64,000 nt of DNA from Candidatus Nanopelagicales bacterium (lineage in GTDB: Bacteria > Actinomycetota > Actinomycetes > S36-B12), in assembly GCA_028687755.1 (NCBI GenBank), contig JAQTZL010000001.1, forward strand, positions 457,404-521,403, read 5' to 3'. The notes below the pieces were generated by a model. It did not search any database, was not told the DNA's origin, and saw only the letters and a list, made by a program, of their open reading frames with translations. Positions 9,636-20,859 of the stretch are shown here, in pieces. A program made the translations under genes and the position numbers. How positions within the stretch are numbered: position 1 is the first letter of the stretch; each line of letters opens with the position of its first letter.

Positions 9636-10837
9636 ACAAACGGAAACGTGTCCACTCCACGAAGGTGGGTACTTTCAGAAAAACTCGTGAGTGAAGCATT
9701 GCCATCTGCAAACCACATCATCGATGAGATCGATCCTGGGCGCAGCTCCATGCGATACACGCTTTCAAGTGGCGCATTCACAGCAATAGCCGCCATCAAC
9801 TTGATCGGCGTCACGTGCGCAACAATTGCGATGCGCTTCCCGTGGTACCTCTTCAAAATTTCTAGGCGACCACGGTTCACACGATCGAGAACCTGAGCGA
9901 ATGACTCGCCACCAGGCGGTGCAACTTCAACGGAATCAAGCCAGCGCTGCAGAGCCTCGGGCCATTGGGCACGCACTTCAGTGAAGGTGTATCCATCCCA
10001 GTCGCCAAATGAGCACTCAGCGAACTCATCCATGACCACTACTTCCGCTTCGCAAAGTTCAGCGATGTATTGCGCGGTTTGGCGGGTACGCAAGAGTGGT
10101 GAGGTAACGATGACGTCAATTTCACCACGCTCAGCAAGATCTTTTGCAGCGGCTTGAGCCTGTAAAATTCCAATGTCAGTCAGACCAACATCAGAGCCAC
10201 CCAAACCGCTGAAACGCTTTTCCAAGCTCATCGGTGTTGCACCATGACGAACCATGATGGTGACCGTTGGTGTGCCAACTTCGTCCCAGCCCACCATGCG
10301 GTTGGGGGCTTTTTCGTCAACGACGGCCTGCGTTAAGGCTTCTTCCACTGATGCCAACACATCGCTTGCATCGTCAAACAAGGTTGCGGATTCATAGGAA
10401 CGGGCAATCGGCGATGCACCGGCGTTGATTGCCGCAGCATCCATTGCTTCATTAGCCAGTGCATCCGCAGCAGCATTCTGAGCACGAGGCACCCAGGTAT
10501 AGGTCACTCGACCAGCAGGAAACACTGCTCGCACCTGTAAAGCAAGAGCCTGCATATCTGGATGCTTAATCTTCCAACGGCCACTCATCTGTTCAACAAC
10601 AAGCTTTGAATCAAGGCGCACTTCAACAATGGCATCGGGGTCAATGCCTCGCACGTGAGTGAGCCCAGCTAGGGCGCCGCGATACTCCGCCACATTATTT
10701 GTGGCTATACCGATGTATTCACCTAATTCAGCAATCACTGCACCAGTTGCGGCGTCTTTCACCACTGAGCCATAAGCGGCGGGCCCTGGATTACCCCGTG
10801 AACCGCCATCCGCCTCAACGATGTAATTCTTTGTCAT
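9632..10837 (-). CDS. Bifunctional RNase H / histidine-phosphatase (Rv2228c-like)
   Basis: The N-terminal domain MTKNYIVEADGGSRGNPGPAAYG is RNase HI-like. The C-terminal half has VRHGATP and a phosphoglycerate-mutase-like fold. Start ATG 10835-10837 forms TAATG with the upstream gene's stop. The track start at 10879 is probably too long. Confidence 0.85.
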   Translation of the reverse strand: MTKNYIVEADGGSRGNPGPAAYGSVVKDAATGAVIAELGEYIGIATNNVAEYRGALAGLTHVRGIDPDAIVEVRLDSKLVVEQMSGRWKIKHPDMQALALQVRAVFPAGRVTYTWVPRAQNAAADALANEAMDAAAINAGASPIARSYESATLFDDASDVLASVEEALTQAVVDEKAPNRMVGWDEVGTPTVTIMVRHGATPMSLEKRFSGLGGSDVGLTDIGILQAQAAAKDLAERGEIDVIVTSPLLRTRQTAQYIAELCEAEVVVMDEFAECSFGDWDGYTFTEVRAQWPEALQRWLDSVEVAPPGGESFAQVLDRVNRGRLEILKRYHGKRIAIVAHVTPIKLMAAIAVNAPLESVYRMELRPGSISSMMWFADGNASLTSFSESTHLRGVDTFPFV

Positions 10838-11580
10838 TACAGACCGGACTCGGCATTGCGAACCAAGATGCGGCGACATTCTTCACAACGCACAACTTCA
10901 TCTTGAGGAGTCGCGCGTAGGGATTCGATCTCATTTGGTGGCAACTGCAAACGACACCCTTGGCACTGACCGCGATGAAGGTGTGCTGCACCTACGCCGC
11001 CGCCATCGAGGCGAATTTTTTCGTATAGCGCAATGAGGTCAGCCGGAATTCGAGGCTTGAGTTCATTGCGATCTGCAACCACGTTTTGCCGCTCTGCATC
11101 AATTTCAGAAACGAGCGCTGCGATCTCACCTTCCAGCGCTTCACATTCGACAACTGCTTCTGCGTGCTGGCCGGCAAGTTGGCGCACGGCAGCTTGGGCA
11201 CCTTCAACACGCTCCATTGCTTCGAGTTCAACTTCTTCAAGTTCACCTTGACGTCGAGCCAACGACTGCAACTCATGCTGAAGGTTGACCAACTGCTTTG
11301 GATCGCTGATCGCTCCTGAATCAAGGAGCTGTTGATCCTTCGTTGAACGCTCACGCACCTGTTCAACATCTGATTCAGCACGAGCTTGATCGCGCTCGAG
11401 GTCGCGGGCAATCACTACTGCAGCGACATGTTCATCATGAAGGCGCTGGATACGAACCTTGAGATCAGCGAGGGCTTGCTTCTGGGCAAGCGTGCTCTCC
11501 CGATGATCAAGCTGCGATGCTTTGGTATCGAGCTTTTGCAGATCGAGCAACAATTGCTGTGCTGCAGCATCAGCCTTCAT
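10837..11580 (-). CDS. C4-type zinc-ribbon / coiled-coil protein (Rv2229c-like, DUF164)
   Basis: Long coiled coil followed by CQGCRLQLPP...VVRCEECRRIL. ATGA overlap with the Nif3 stop supports the start at 11580. Confidence 0.8.
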   Translation of the reverse strand: MKADAAAQQLLLDLQKLDTKASQLDHRESTLAQKQALADLKVRIQRLHDEHVAAVVIARDLERDQARAESDVEQVRERSTKDQQLLDSGAISDPKQLVNLQHELQSLARRQGELEEVELEAMERVEGAQAAVRQLAGQHAEAVVECEALEGEIAALVSEIDAERQNVVADRNELKPRIPADLIALYEKIRLDGGGVGAAHLHRGQCQGCRLQLPPNEIESLRATPQDEVVRCEECRRILVRNAESGL

Positions 11581-12410
11581 GAGTAACTCCCTAGGTTGGT
11601 GCTCGGACGATGTGCCGTCCATGGATCAGTCGGTGTGGCGGAAACTTCCGCAGTAATTGCAAACCCCGCTTCAGCAAGGTCAGAAACCAAGAGCGCTGCA
11701 GCTTGATTCAGCCAGGGCCATTCACTTGCCCAATGAGCCACATCAACAAGCGCACAGCCACCATCAACTAGATGATCTTGTGCGCGGTGGTGGCGAAGAT
11801 CTGAGGTCACATACACATCGGCTTGTTGCGCAGCGAGCTCAAGGAGAGAATCCCCTGCTCCGCCACACACCGCAACAGTGCGTATTTCGAGTTCCAGATC
11901 TCCTGCAATGCGCACACCATGATGCGTGGCTGGCAACACTGCAGCGACAAGATCAGCAAATTTCTGCAAGGTCATCGGCTCCAGCAGATCACCGATGCGC
12001 CCTGTGCCCGTATCGGGCCCAGATGGATCGAGTGGTCGAAGATTTCTCAATCCAAATTCGGCAGCCAACGCATCTGAGACACCAGGGTTCGCGTGATCAG
12101 CATTTGTGTGCGCACTTGCCAGAGCGATGTCATTGCTCATGAGCGCATGAACCACTTTGCCCTTGGCATCGGTTGCGCCAACACCATGAACTCCACGCAA
12201 GAACAGCGGATGATGCGTAATCACGAGATCAATGCCACCGAGAATTGCTTCATCAACCACAACCTGCACCGGATCCACAGCCAGAAGGATGCGATCGACG
12301 GTTGAGGCGGGATCCCCACAGACGAGCCCCACCGCGTCCCAATCGGCAGCAAGCCCCATGGGATACCTGCGCTCCAGCGCTGCCAAGACTTGAGCAACGG
12401 TGGCGGACAT
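11577..12410 (-). CDS. Nif3-like dinuclear metal centre protein (GTP cyclohydrolase 1 type 2 homologue)
   Basis: DWDAVGLVCGD, DLVITHHPLFLRG and TSDLRHH motifs. Synteny with the two downstream genes. Confidence 0.85.
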   Translation of the reverse strand: MSATVAQVLAALERRYPMGLAADWDAVGLVCGDPASTVDRILLAVDPVQVVVDEAILGGIDLVITHHPLFLRGVHGVGATDAKGKVVHALMSNDIALASAHTNADHANPGVSDALAAEFGLRNLRPLDPSGPDTGTGRIGDLLEPMTLQKFADLVAAVLPATHHGVRIAGDLELEIRTVAVCGGAGDSLLELAAQQADVYVTSDLRHHRAQDHLVDGGCALVDVAHWASEWPWLNQAAALLVSDLAEAGFAITAEVSATPTDPWTAHRPSTNLGSYS

Positions 12411-12480
12411 AAGCGAAGGTTACCTGTCACCGGGTGTGCGGCTGCCAACCTGCGCCCATTACTCTTATACCTTCCAACTG

Positions 12481-12554
12481 GGGCGCATAGCTCAGTTGGC
12501 TAGAGCGCCGCCCTTACAAGGCGGATGTCGGGGGTTCGAGTCCCTCTGCGCCCA
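12481..12554 (+). tRNA. tRNA-Val (anticodon TAC); CCA follows at 12555-12557
   Basis: GGGCGCA-TA-GCTC-AGTTGGCTA-GAGC-G-CCGCC-CTTACAA-GGCGG-ATGTC-GGGGG-TTCGAGT-CCCTC-TGCGCCC-A folds as a cloverleaf. Confidence 0.95.
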
Positions 12555-12565
12555 CCAAGCACGAC

Positions 12566-13036
12566 TTAATTCAATCCAAGCACTGCTGCGAGATACGCCT
12601 TCGCATCGCGCTCAAACCCCGGTCCGTTGATCACTGACCACCGAACGATCCCCTGGCGATCAATCACGTAGGTGCCACGCGTAGCAAAGCCCTTGTCATC
12701 CAAGAACACGTCGTACTTCCTTGCGACCTCACCATGCGGCCAGAAATCACTGAGCAGAGGGATCGTGAGTGAGTCTTTTTCCGCAAACGCCTGTAGTGAA
12801 TACGCACTGTCACAGGAGACGGCGACCACTTGCGCATTGAGATCAGCGAACTCTTGCGTCATAGAACTCAACTCCGCGAGCTCGGATCGACAAACACCCG
12901 TGAAAGCAAATGGAAAAAAGACCAAAACGATAGGTCCGTTGACACATTGCTCACTCAACGTGAATTTGCTGCCATCAGCCGCAGACAAGGTGAAGTCGGG
13001 TGCTTGTTGGCCAATCTGGACGCCAACTGACTGCAT
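12566..13036 (-). CDS. ahpE: 1-Cys peroxiredoxin, AhpE-like
   Basis: QAPDFTL, LVFFPFAFTGVCRSEL and PLLSDFWPHGEVARKYDVF are collinear with M. tuberculosis AhpE as recalled. The start is likely M at 13036 (MQSVGVQIGQQAPDF) rather than 13081. Confidence 0.85.
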   Translation of the reverse strand: MQSVGVQIGQQAPDFTLSAADGSKFTLSEQCVNGPIVLVFFPFAFTGVCRSELAELSSMTQEFADLNAQVVAVSCDSAYSLQAFAEKDSLTIPLLSDFWPHGEVARKYDVFLDDKGFATRGTYVIDRQGIVRWSVINGPGFERDAKAYLAAVLGLN

Positions 13037-13088
13037 GGGTATGTGATTCACAGAAGTAGCCATTGCGGGCACCTCGCCCATGAATCAC

Positions 13089-13526
13089 CTACCGCTTGGC
13101 GCGGGGTGCAACAAGGCGCGTGCCTTGCCAGTTTGATCCCGCACTGATGGTGCTGGTCTGCTGCAAGCCAGCAGTAGGCGCAGCATCAGCAATGTCTTCG
13201 GGCTCAATATGACCGTCACGACCAGGCTTAGGCGTCATCAACCAGACAACACCGTGATCAGCGAGCGGATGAATGGCATCCATGAGTCCATCAACGAGAT
13301 CGCCGTCTTCGTCGCGCCACCACATCAGCACTACGTCAACAACATCGTCGAAATCCTCGTCAACGATTTCTTCGCCGATGATGGCCTCGATACCTTCGCG
13401 CAGGGCTTCGTCGATGTCCTCGTCGTAGCCAATCTCCTGCACGGTCATTCCCGCTTCAATTCCCAGACGAGCTGCACGCGTACGTGCCTCATCCCGATCC
13501 GCTGCGGCGGCCAACGCGTTCTCCAT
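13089..13526 (-). CDS. DUF3052 protein (Rv2239c-like)
   Basis: Acidic 145-aa protein with [15 protein letters not shown]...[12 protein letters not shown]. Conserved position between ahpE and aceE. Confidence 0.7.
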   Translation of the reverse strand: MENALAAAADRDEARTRAARLGIEAGMTVQEIGYDEDIDEALREGIEAIIGEEIVDEDFDDVVDVVLMWWRDEDGDLVDGLMDAIHPLADHGVVWLMTPKPGRDGHIEPEDIADAAPTAGLQQTSTISAGSNWQGTRLVAPRAKR

Positions 13527-13734
13527 TCGCTCTTGTCACAGACTCAATGCCTGCTTCTGCAGCGCTAGTCCACCGGACCTGAGGCCGAATGGCAAGCGGC
13601 ACCGCCGTAGAGCCCCAGAAAGTCACCCAACTTTGGTTGCCACACCCCCGATACGCAAGGATGTGACTCGGTACACACACCGTCACTCGACACCCCGGCG
13701 ATCCCGGAAGTCGACCAAGCGAAGGGTCCAAACA

Positions 13735-16461
13735 ATGACGCCCGCAAGTGACCGCGAAGCCCTGTTGGCTGGCGGCATGCCGACTCAATATGTCGATGCC
13801 GATCCAGACGAAACGAACGAATGGATTGACTCGTTCGACGACATGGTGGCAAGTAGCGGAAATAACCGCGCTCGATACATCATGTTGTCGCTTCTGCGTC
13901 GAGCAGCTGAACACAATGTTGGTGTTCCAAGCCTTCGAAGCACCGACTACATCAACACCATTGCTCCCGAGCGTGAACCTGAGTTCCCCGGTGATGAAGC
14001 AATTGAACATCGCATCCGTCAAATCATTCGCTGGAACGCAGCGATCATGGTGCATCGCGCGCAACGTCCGGGAATCGGCGTCGGCGGTCACATTTCGAGT
14101 TATGCATCGAGCGCCACCTTGTATGAAGTGGGCTTCAACCACTTCTTCCGCGGCCAAGACCACGCAGGTGGCGGCGATCAAATCTTCTTCCAGGGCCATG
14201 CCTCCCCTGGCATTTACGCACGTGCCTTCCTTGAGGGCCGCCTAACTGAAGCCCAGCTGGATGGCTTTCGCCAAGAAACTTCTGGCGTTGGTTTACCTTC
14301 TTACCCACACCCTCGCTTGCTGCCGCATTTCTGGCAGTTCCCAACTGTGTCGATGGGTATCGGACCCCTCAATGCGATTTACCAAGCGCGCTTTAACAAG
14401 TACCTCGGTCATCGCGGCATCAAAGACACCAGCGATCAAAAAGTGTGGGCCTTCTTAGGCGACGGAGAAATGGATGAGGTCGATGCCGTAGGCGCCTTGA
14501 CTTTGGCCGCCCGCGAGGAACTCGACAACCTCGTGTTCGTCGTGAACTGCAACTTGCAGCGCCTCGATGGTCCGGTACGAGGCAACGGCAAGATCATTCA
14601 AGAACTTGAATCACTCTTCCGTGGTGCTGGCTGGAATGTCATCAAGGTCGTATGGGGTCGCAAGTGGGATGAACTCCTGAGTCAAGATCGCGAAGGCGCT
14701 CTTGTGAACTTGATGAACAAGACCGTTGACGGTGACTTCCAAACCTTCAAGGCCGAAGATGGCGCCTTTGTGCGCGAACATTTCTTCGGTCGCGATCCAC
14801 TAACCGCGAAGCTTGTTGAAGATTGGTCTGACGACGACATCTGGAATTTGCGCCGTGGTGGTCACGATTACCGCAAGATGTACGCGGCATATAACGCAGC
14901 AACACAGGTCAAGGGTCAACCAACCGTCATCTTGGCCAAGACAGTCAAGGGCTGGACTTTGGGTTCACACTTCGAAGGTCGTAACTCAACGCACCAGATG
15001 AAGAAGCTCACCCTTGATGATCTGCTCGCCTTCCGCGATCGTTTGGAAATTCCCATTCCAGATAGCGCAATGGATCCCTACACACCTCCGTATTTCCATC
15101 CAGGTGCAGATGATGAAGCCGTGCAGTACATGCAGGCGTCGCGCAAACTTCTTGGTGGCGGCGTGCCTTCACGTCGAACTACTACTGCGGCATTGGTGTT
15201 GCCAGAAGCCAAAACCTACGAGGTTGCAAAGCGTGGTTCAGGTAACCAAGAAGTTGCTACGACCATGGCCTTTGTTCGCATGCTCAAAGACATCATGAAA
15301 GATCCAAACGTTGGACATCGCATCGTTCCGATCATTCCTGACGAAGCACGCACCTTCGGTATGGACGCAATGTTCCCAACGGCAAAGATCTATTCACCGC
15401 ATGGTCAGCAATATCTCTCTGTAGACCGCGAACTGGTGTTGTCATACAAGGAATCAGAAACAGGCCAGATCCTGCATGAAGGCATTAACGAAGCTGGATC
15501 CACTGCCTCGTTCACAGCAGTTGGCACGTCATACGCCACGCATGGCCAACCAATGATTCCGATTTACATTTTCTACTCCATGTTTGGATTCCAGCGCACA
15601 GGTGATGCGTTTTGGGCTGCCATGGACCAGATGGCTCGTGGATTCGTTCTCGGCGCAACGGCTGGCCGCACAACACTCAACGGCGAAGGTTTGCAGCATC
15701 AAGATGGCCATTCCCTTTTGCTAGCAAGCACGAACCCAGGCGTAGTGGCGTACGACCCTGCGTACTCCTACGAAATCGCACACATCTTCAAGGATGGCAT
15801 GCGACGTATGTACGGAGATGATCCAGAAAATATTTACTACTACCTCACTGTGTATAACGAGCCATACCAGCAACCAGCCGAGCCAGACAACGTCGATGTT
15901 GACGGCATCTTGCGGGGTATGCACTTGATCAGTGAATCAAATGGCGATGGGCCAAAGGTTCAACTACTCGCCAGCGGTGTCTCAGTGCCATGGGCTCTTC
16001 GCGCACAAACAATCCTTCGCGACGAGTGGGGTGTTCATGCCGATGTCTGGTCGGTTACCTCGTGGAATGAATTGCGTCGCGATGGTTTGGAAGTTGATCG
16101 CTTCAACTTCTTGAATCCTGATGCAGAGCAGCGCGTTGCTTACATCAACCAGCGCCTTGCTGGCCGCCCTGGGCCAGTTATTGCGGTTTCTGACTGGATG
16201 CGCGCTGTGCAAGATCAGGTTCGCGAATGGGTTGATCAGCCGTTTGTGTCACTTGGCACCGATGGCGCGGGCATGTCAGATACCCGAGGCGCACTTCGTC
16301 GTCACTTCCTCGTTGATGCCGAATCCATCGTGGTGCAGTCATTGACCATGCTCAGCAAGCACAATCAGATGGATCGCGCAACAATTGCCGAAGCAATTAA
16401 TCGATACCAACTCAACGACCCATCTGCTGCGTCAGCAGGCAACACGGAAGGTTCTGGCTGA
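13735..16461 (+). CDS. aceE: Pyruvate dehydrogenase E1 component (homodimeric type)
   Basis: [47 protein letters not shown] and about 908 aa. ATG 13735 is preferred over the Arg-rich extension from 13633. Confidence 0.95.
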   Translation: MTPASDREALLAGGMPTQYVDADPDETNEWIDSFDDMVASSGNNRARYIMLSLLRRAAEHNVGVPSLRSTDYINTIAPEREPEFPGDEAIEHRIRQIIRWNAAIMVHRAQRPGIGVGGHISSYASSATLYEVGFNHFFRGQDHAGGGDQIFFQGHASPGIYARAFLEGRLTEAQLDGFRQETSGVGLPSYPHPRLLPHFWQFPTVSMGIGPLNAIYQARFNKYLGHRGIKDTSDQKVWAFLGDGEMDEVDAVGALTLAAREELDNLVFVVNCNLQRLDGPVRGNGKIIQELESLFRGAGWNVIKVVWGRKWDELLSQDREGALVNLMNKTVDGDFQTFKAEDGAFVREHFFGRDPLTAKLVEDWSDDDIWNLRRGGHDYRKMYAAYNAATQVKGQPTVILAKTVKGWTLGSHFEGRNSTHQMKKLTLDDLLAFRDRLEIPIPDSAMDPYTPPYFHPGADDEAVQYMQASRKLLGGGVPSRRTTTAALVLPEAKTYEVAKRGSGNQEVATTMAFVRMLKDIMKDPNVGHRIVPIIPDEARTFGMDAMFPTAKIYSPHGQQYLSVDRELVLSYKESETGQILHEGINEAGSTASFTAVGTSYATHGQPMIPIYIFYSMFGFQRTGDAFWAAMDQMARGFVLGATAGRTTLNGEGLQHQDGHSLLLASTNPGVVAYDPAYSYEIAHIFKDGMRRMYGDDPENIYYYLTVYNEPYQQPAEPDNVDVDGILRGMHLISESNGDGPKVQLLASGVSVPWALRAQTILRDEWGVHADVWSVTSWNELRRDGLEVDRFNFLNPDAEQRVAYINQRLAGRPGPVIAVSDWMRAVQDQVREWVDQPFVSLGTDGAGMSDTRGALRRHFLVDAESIVVQSLTMLSKHNQMDRATIAEAINRYQLNDPSAASAGNTEGSG

Positions 16462-16462
16462 G

Positions 16463-17596
16463 ATGCCTAACGATCCAAAGCGGTTCTTGCGTTACCTCGA
16501 AGAGGAACGTAAAGCTGCTCTGCTGTACCGCTCGTTAGCAACGACTATGACCGGCGATCGCCGAGAGGCTTTGTTGGAACTGGCGGACATTGAGGAACGG
16601 CATGCACGGCATTGGATCGCAAAGCTCACCGAAGCTGGTATCGATGTTCCACTAGCACCTCAAGATTTACACGAAGACGATGCAGCGCTGGTTCATCAAG
16701 CCAACACGATGAACGTTGACGATGTACTGGAGCACCTTGAAGCAGTTGAGACTGCCGCGAACTCGCTTTACGACAATGAGCCAGAAGCCCCTGACTCAAT
16801 GGTTGAAGACGAGGCTTCGCATGCAGAAGCATTCCGACGTATGCGTGTGGATGAAGCAAACGTCCTGCCGATTCGCGGTGCGATGAAGGCGCCAGGCCCC
16901 GATCACATGGAGGCATGGCACAGCACAGATACCTCAGGTAAGGCGCGAGCTATCGTGTTCGGTGTCAGCGATGGCCTGGTCTCAAACACTGCACTCGTGA
17001 TGGGCTTTGCTGGCGCAAATCCATCCGGCAAAACCATTCTTTTTGCTGGCCTTGCAGGCTTACTCGCTGGCGCGTTCTCAATGGCTGCCGGTGAATACGT
17101 GAGTGTCGCGAGTCAGAGAGATCTCTTCCATCGCGAGATCCAAAAAGAAGCCGAAGAACTGGCAACAAAACCTGAAGAAGAACAAAAAGAGCTCGAACTT
17201 ATTTACCGAGCCAAAGGCGTACCCCGTGATGTTGCAGCGGCAACTGCAGCGCACATCATGCAAGATCCAAAGAAGGCTCTGGACACACTTGCCCGCGAGG
17301 AACTCGGTCTTAATCCTGACGAGTTAGGTGCTCCATTCAAGGTTGCCCTTTCAAGCTTCATTGCGTTTGCCATTGGCGCATCGGTTGCAGTACTGCCGTA
17401 TCTGTTCTTCACTGGAAATGTTGCGTTGTATCTGACGATCGCGCTTTCGACGGTTTCCTTGTTGGTAGTTGGTGGCGTCGTGGGAAAGATTTCAGGGCGC
17501 GGAATCACCTTCTCGGCGCTGCGACAATTTGCATGGGGCGCCGGAGCTGCGTTGGTTACGTTCATTGTGGGCTCGATAATCGGCGTCAACGTCTAG
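16463..17596 (+). CDS. VIT1/CCC1-family iron/manganese transporter with N-terminal ferritin-like (rubrerythrin-type) domain
   Basis: The N-terminus has LLELADIEERHARHW. The C-terminal membrane domain has FGVSDGLVSNTALVMG. The ATG at 16463 lies 1 nt after the aceE stop. Confidence 0.8.
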   Translation: MPNDPKRFLRYLEEERKAALLYRSLATTMTGDRREALLELADIEERHARHWIAKLTEAGIDVPLAPQDLHEDDAALVHQANTMNVDDVLEHLEAVETAANSLYDNEPEAPDSMVEDEASHAEAFRRMRVDEANVLPIRGAMKAPGPDHMEAWHSTDTSGKARAIVFGVSDGLVSNTALVMGFAGANPSGKTILFAGLAGLLAGAFSMAAGEYVSVASQRDLFHREIQKEAEELATKPEEEQKELELIYRAKGVPRDVAAATAAHIMQDPKKALDTLAREELGLNPDELGAPFKVALSSFIAFAIGASVAVLPYLFFTGNVALYLTIALSTVSLLVVGGVVGKISGRGITFSALRQFAWGAGAALVTFIVGSIIGVNV

Positions 17597-17600
17597 CCGC

Positions 17601-18749
17601 GTGAGTGATCAGCCCCTACCGGCGAGCATTACGCAGTCAACCGGAGAACTCACCACCGCAGCCACGCTGCGCATGGAGGCCGAATTCCCTTGGTACCGCG
17701 AGCTCGGCGCTCGCGAACGTTCTTGGGTTGGCATGGTGGCGCAGGCTGGCATCACTGCATTTGTTGAGTGGTACACACACCCTGAACGCGTAGAAGAAAT
17801 TACAGCCAGCGTGTTCTCCGCTGCTCCCCGCGAATTGGCACGAGTAGTTTCACTTGAACAAACAGTGGCGTTAATGCGGACCATCATCAATGTTGTTGAA
17901 GAAACCATCGAAGCAATTGATGAACCACAAACGCGCATTCCACTGCGTGAAGCTGTGTTGCGTTACTCACGAGAAATCGCATTTTCAGCAGCTGGTGTGT
18001 ACGCCCGAGCTGCTGAAGCGCGCGGTGCTTGGGATGCGCGCGTTGAAGCACTTGTGGTCGATGCGTTTGTGCGCGGTGATCTTGATAGCACTGTCCTGGC
18101 CCGTGTCAGTGCACTTGGATGGTCTGGTCAAGGAAGCGTGATGTTGCTTGCCGGATCACCTCCAGTTGGCGAACCAGAGCTGGCCCTTGAAGTGCTTCGC
18201 CGGGCAGCTGCGAACCACGGCATCGATTTGATCACTGGAATCCATGGCAATGTCATGCTGGCCATCCTTGGTCGAGTGCAAGATCAAGCACGAATCGCTC
18301 GACTACTGTCCGTGCACTTTGGCCCTGGCCCAGTGATCGCCAGCGAACCACTGCGAAATCTTGATGAAGTTCCCGACGCCGCTCGCACCACCATGCGGGC
18401 ACTCACGGTCGCCAACTCTTGGCCAGGCGCCCCTCGACCGGTCGTCACGACCGATTTATTGCCCGAGCGAGCCCTTGCCGGGGATCTTGATGCACAAGCC
18501 GAGCTCATCGCCAGCGTGTATTTGCCATTGGCCGCCGAGCCCACCTTGCTAGAAACCGCCTCGACATTCTTGGAAATCAGCCCATCACTTGAAGCCACAG
18601 CCCGCGCTTTGTTCATCCATGCCAACACCGTGCGGTACCGCTTGCGGCAGATCACCGACCTGACCGGCTACTCACCCACGGAACCGCGCGATGCCTTTGC
18701 CCTGCGTTTAGGGCTGACCTTTGGTCGGATTCAGCACTCAAATAGTTGA
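17601..18749 (+). CDS. PucR-family transcriptional regulator (Rv2242 / Streptomyces FasR-like) upstream of the fab operon
   Basis: C-terminal HTH ARALFIHANTVRYRLRQITDLTG. Conserved position upstream of fabD. Confidence 0.75.
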   Translation: MSDQPLPASITQSTGELTTAATLRMEAEFPWYRELGARERSWVGMVAQAGITAFVEWYTHPERVEEITASVFSAAPRELARVVSLEQTVALMRTIINVVEETIEAIDEPQTRIPLREAVLRYSREIAFSAAGVYARAAEARGAWDARVEALVVDAFVRGDLDSTVLARVSALGWSGQGSVMLLAGSPPVGEPELALEVLRRAAANHGIDLITGIHGNVMLAILGRVQDQARIARLLSVHFGPGPVIASEPLRNLDEVPDAARTTMRALTVANSWPGAPRPVVTTDLLPERALAGDLDAQAELIASVYLPLAAEPTLLETASTFLEISPSLEATARALFIHANTVRYRLRQITDLTGYSPTEPRDAFALRLGLTFGRIQHSNS

Positions 18750-18889
18750 TTTCAGCAGGATTTAGGCAATTTCAACCGCTTTCATCGGGTCAAAGTCGCT
18801 TTTTGTTGTAGGAATCCTCTAAATTTCAGGACATGACATTGGCGGCAGCAACAGCGCATATGTGCGCTCCCGTCCGCGAGGCTTAGGGA

Positions 18890-19807
18890 GTGCTCGCAAT
18901 TGTTGCTCCCGGTCAAGGTGCTCAAGTCCCAGGAATGCTTCAAGCCTGGCTGGAATTACCTGGCGTAGCGGTTCAACTTGACGCCCTAAGTTCGGCAAGC
19001 GGACTTGATCTGGTTGCCCATGGCACCACCTCGGATGCTGACACCATCCGCGATACCGCAGTGGCACAACCCCTCATCGTTGCTGCAGGACTCATTTCAT
19101 GGGAAGCCTTGAATGCTCCTTTAGCTGATGTCATCGCAGGTCACTCCGTCGGCGAAATCACCGCAGCGGTCATTGCTGGAGTACTCACACCTGCTGACGC
19201 CATGGGCTTCGTACAACTGCGCGGTGCGGGCATGGCGCAGGCAGCGGCCAACGTTGCAACAGGCATGAGTGCGGTGCTCGGCGGCGAAGCAAGCGTGGTG
19301 GTTGCTAAAGCCGGCGAACATGGTCTGACTCCAGCAAACATGAATGGCGCAGGCCAGATCGTGGTTGCTGGAACCTTGGAACAACTTGAAGCTTTCGCAA
19401 ACGATGCACCCGAAGGTGGCAGAGTTCGCCCATTACCTGTTGCCGGCGCATTCCACACTTCGCACATGGCGCCTGCGGTTGCAGCCCTCGAAACGTATGC
19501 AGCATCAATGATCACTGCAGATCCCGTTGCAGTCCTGCTTTCAAATGCTGATGGCAACTCCATTGATGGTGGCAGCGAAGCACTGCGTCGTCTTGTCGCC
19601 CAGGTCAGCAATCCTGTTCGCTGGGATCTGTGCATGGACATGATGGTTTCCATGGGAGTCACTGGGCTATTGGAGCTCTCCCCTGGCGGCACGCTTGTTG
19701 GATTAGCGAAGCGGGCTATGCCTGGCGTGGCGGCTGTAGCAGTGAAAAGCCCTGAAGATCTCGATGCGGCTCGCGCATTGATCGCTGAGCACGTTGGGAA
19801 GGAATAG
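18890..19807 (+). CDS. fabD: ACP S-malonyltransferase
   Basis: FPGQG-like APGQGAQ, active-site GHSVGEITAA and AGAFHTSHM. Confidence 0.95.
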   Translation: MLAIVAPGQGAQVPGMLQAWLELPGVAVQLDALSSASGLDLVAHGTTSDADTIRDTAVAQPLIVAAGLISWEALNAPLADVIAGHSVGEITAAVIAGVLTPADAMGFVQLRGAGMAQAAANVATGMSAVLGGEASVVVAKAGEHGLTPANMNGAGQIVVAGTLEQLEAFANDAPEGGRVRPLPVAGAFHTSHMAPAVAALETYAASMITADPVAVLLSNADGNSIDGGSEALRRLVAQVSNPVRWDLCMDMMVSMGVTGLLELSPGGTLVGLAKRAMPGVAAVAVKSPEDLDAARALIAEHVGKE

Positions 19808-19809
19808 CA

Positions 19810-20814
19810 GTGACTGCAACCATTAAGGCCCCAACCCCGAACGCCTACACACGCATCATTTCTGTTGGTGCGTATCGCCCATCACGCATCGTCGACAATG
19901 CAGAAATTTGCACACGCATTGATTCAACAGATGAATGGATTCTTGAGCGCTCGGGTATTCGTGAGCGTCGCTATGCAGCACCAGATGAATCCGTCATCGA
20001 TATGGCTGTCAATGCTGCCAAGGTTGCGCTTGAACGTGCCGGTATTGATCCAACAGAACTTGGACTGCTACTTGTGGCAAGTTGCACTTACCCATACCTC
20101 ACACCGTCAGCCGCAACGCAAATTGCTGTGCGTATCGGCGCGACTGGAATTCCAGCTACGGATATTTCAAGTGCATGCGCAGGTTTTTGCTACGGCGTTG
20201 GCATGGCAAGCGACATCATTCGCAGCGGTAACGCTAAGTACGCAATGGTGATTGGTGCAGAAAAGCTAACTGACTGGTTTGATCCTGCAGATCGCTCACT
20301 TGCCTTCTTATTTGGTGATGGTGCTGGCGCAGTAGTCATTGGCCCATCTGACACACCAGGCATTGGGCCAACTGCGTGGGGATCAGATGGCACTCAAACC
20401 GAAGCTCTGGGCATCGCACCTTCATTCCTGGACCAACGCAATGACCCAATCAACAACGTGCCAATGCTCTACATGCAAGGCCAAACGGTGTTCCGCTGGG
20501 CTGTAACCGAAATGGCGCGCGTTGCAGAAGAAGCACTTGCAGCAGCTGGCATCACATCTGCTGATCTGTCAGCTTTCATTCCACACCAAGCCAACAATCG
20601 CATCACGGATGCATTGGTACGTTCCTTGAAGATGCCAGAAAGCGTCGTCGTTGCTCGCGACGTGATCATGACTGGCAACACATCAGCAGCTTCGATTCCA
20701 TTGGCGTTATCTCGAATGGTCGAAGAAGGTGACGTTCCAAGTGGTGGTCTTGCACTGATCATCGGTTTTGGCGCAGGTCTTGCCTATGCAGCACAAGTAA
20801 TAACCCTTCCCTAA
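19810..20814 (+). CDS. fabH: 3-oxoacyl-ACP synthase III
   Basis: Catalytic Cys in SSACAGF, HQAN and GNTSAASIP. GTG start 3 nt after the fabD stop. Confidence 0.93.
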   Translation: MTATIKAPTPNAYTRIISVGAYRPSRIVDNAEICTRIDSTDEWILERSGIRERRYAAPDESVIDMAVNAAKVALERAGIDPTELGLLLVASCTYPYLTPSAATQIAVRIGATGIPATDISSACAGFCYGVGMASDIIRSGNAKYAMVIGAEKLTDWFDPADRSLAFLFGDGAGAVVIGPSDTPGIGPTAWGSDGTQTEALGIAPSFLDQRNDPINNVPMLYMQGQTVFRWAVTEMARVAEEALAAAGITSADLSAFIPHQANNRITDALVRSLKMPESVVVARDVIMTGNTSAASIPLALSRMVEEGDVPSGGLALIIGFGAGLAYAAQVITLP

Positions 20815-20859
20815 TTTTTTCAACCCAAATTACAAACAAAGAAATACGAAAGGAAAGTC

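Noticed and set aside
12400-12630. ORF overlapping tRNA-Val. Likewise 57996..58181 overlaps tRNA-Asn.
   Set aside because: They span perfectly folding tRNA genes, and their translations are unremarkable.
13489-14199. 236-aa ORF antisense to aceE. Similar long antisense or out-of-frame ORFs occur at 20971..21888, 19141..19692, 34959..35498, 32080..32742 and 9648..9896.
   Set aside because: Each lies wholly inside a strongly supported gene on the other strand or in another frame. Their translations are Arg/Ser/Pro-rich with no motifs. These are typical open-frame artefacts of GC3-biased coding DNA.
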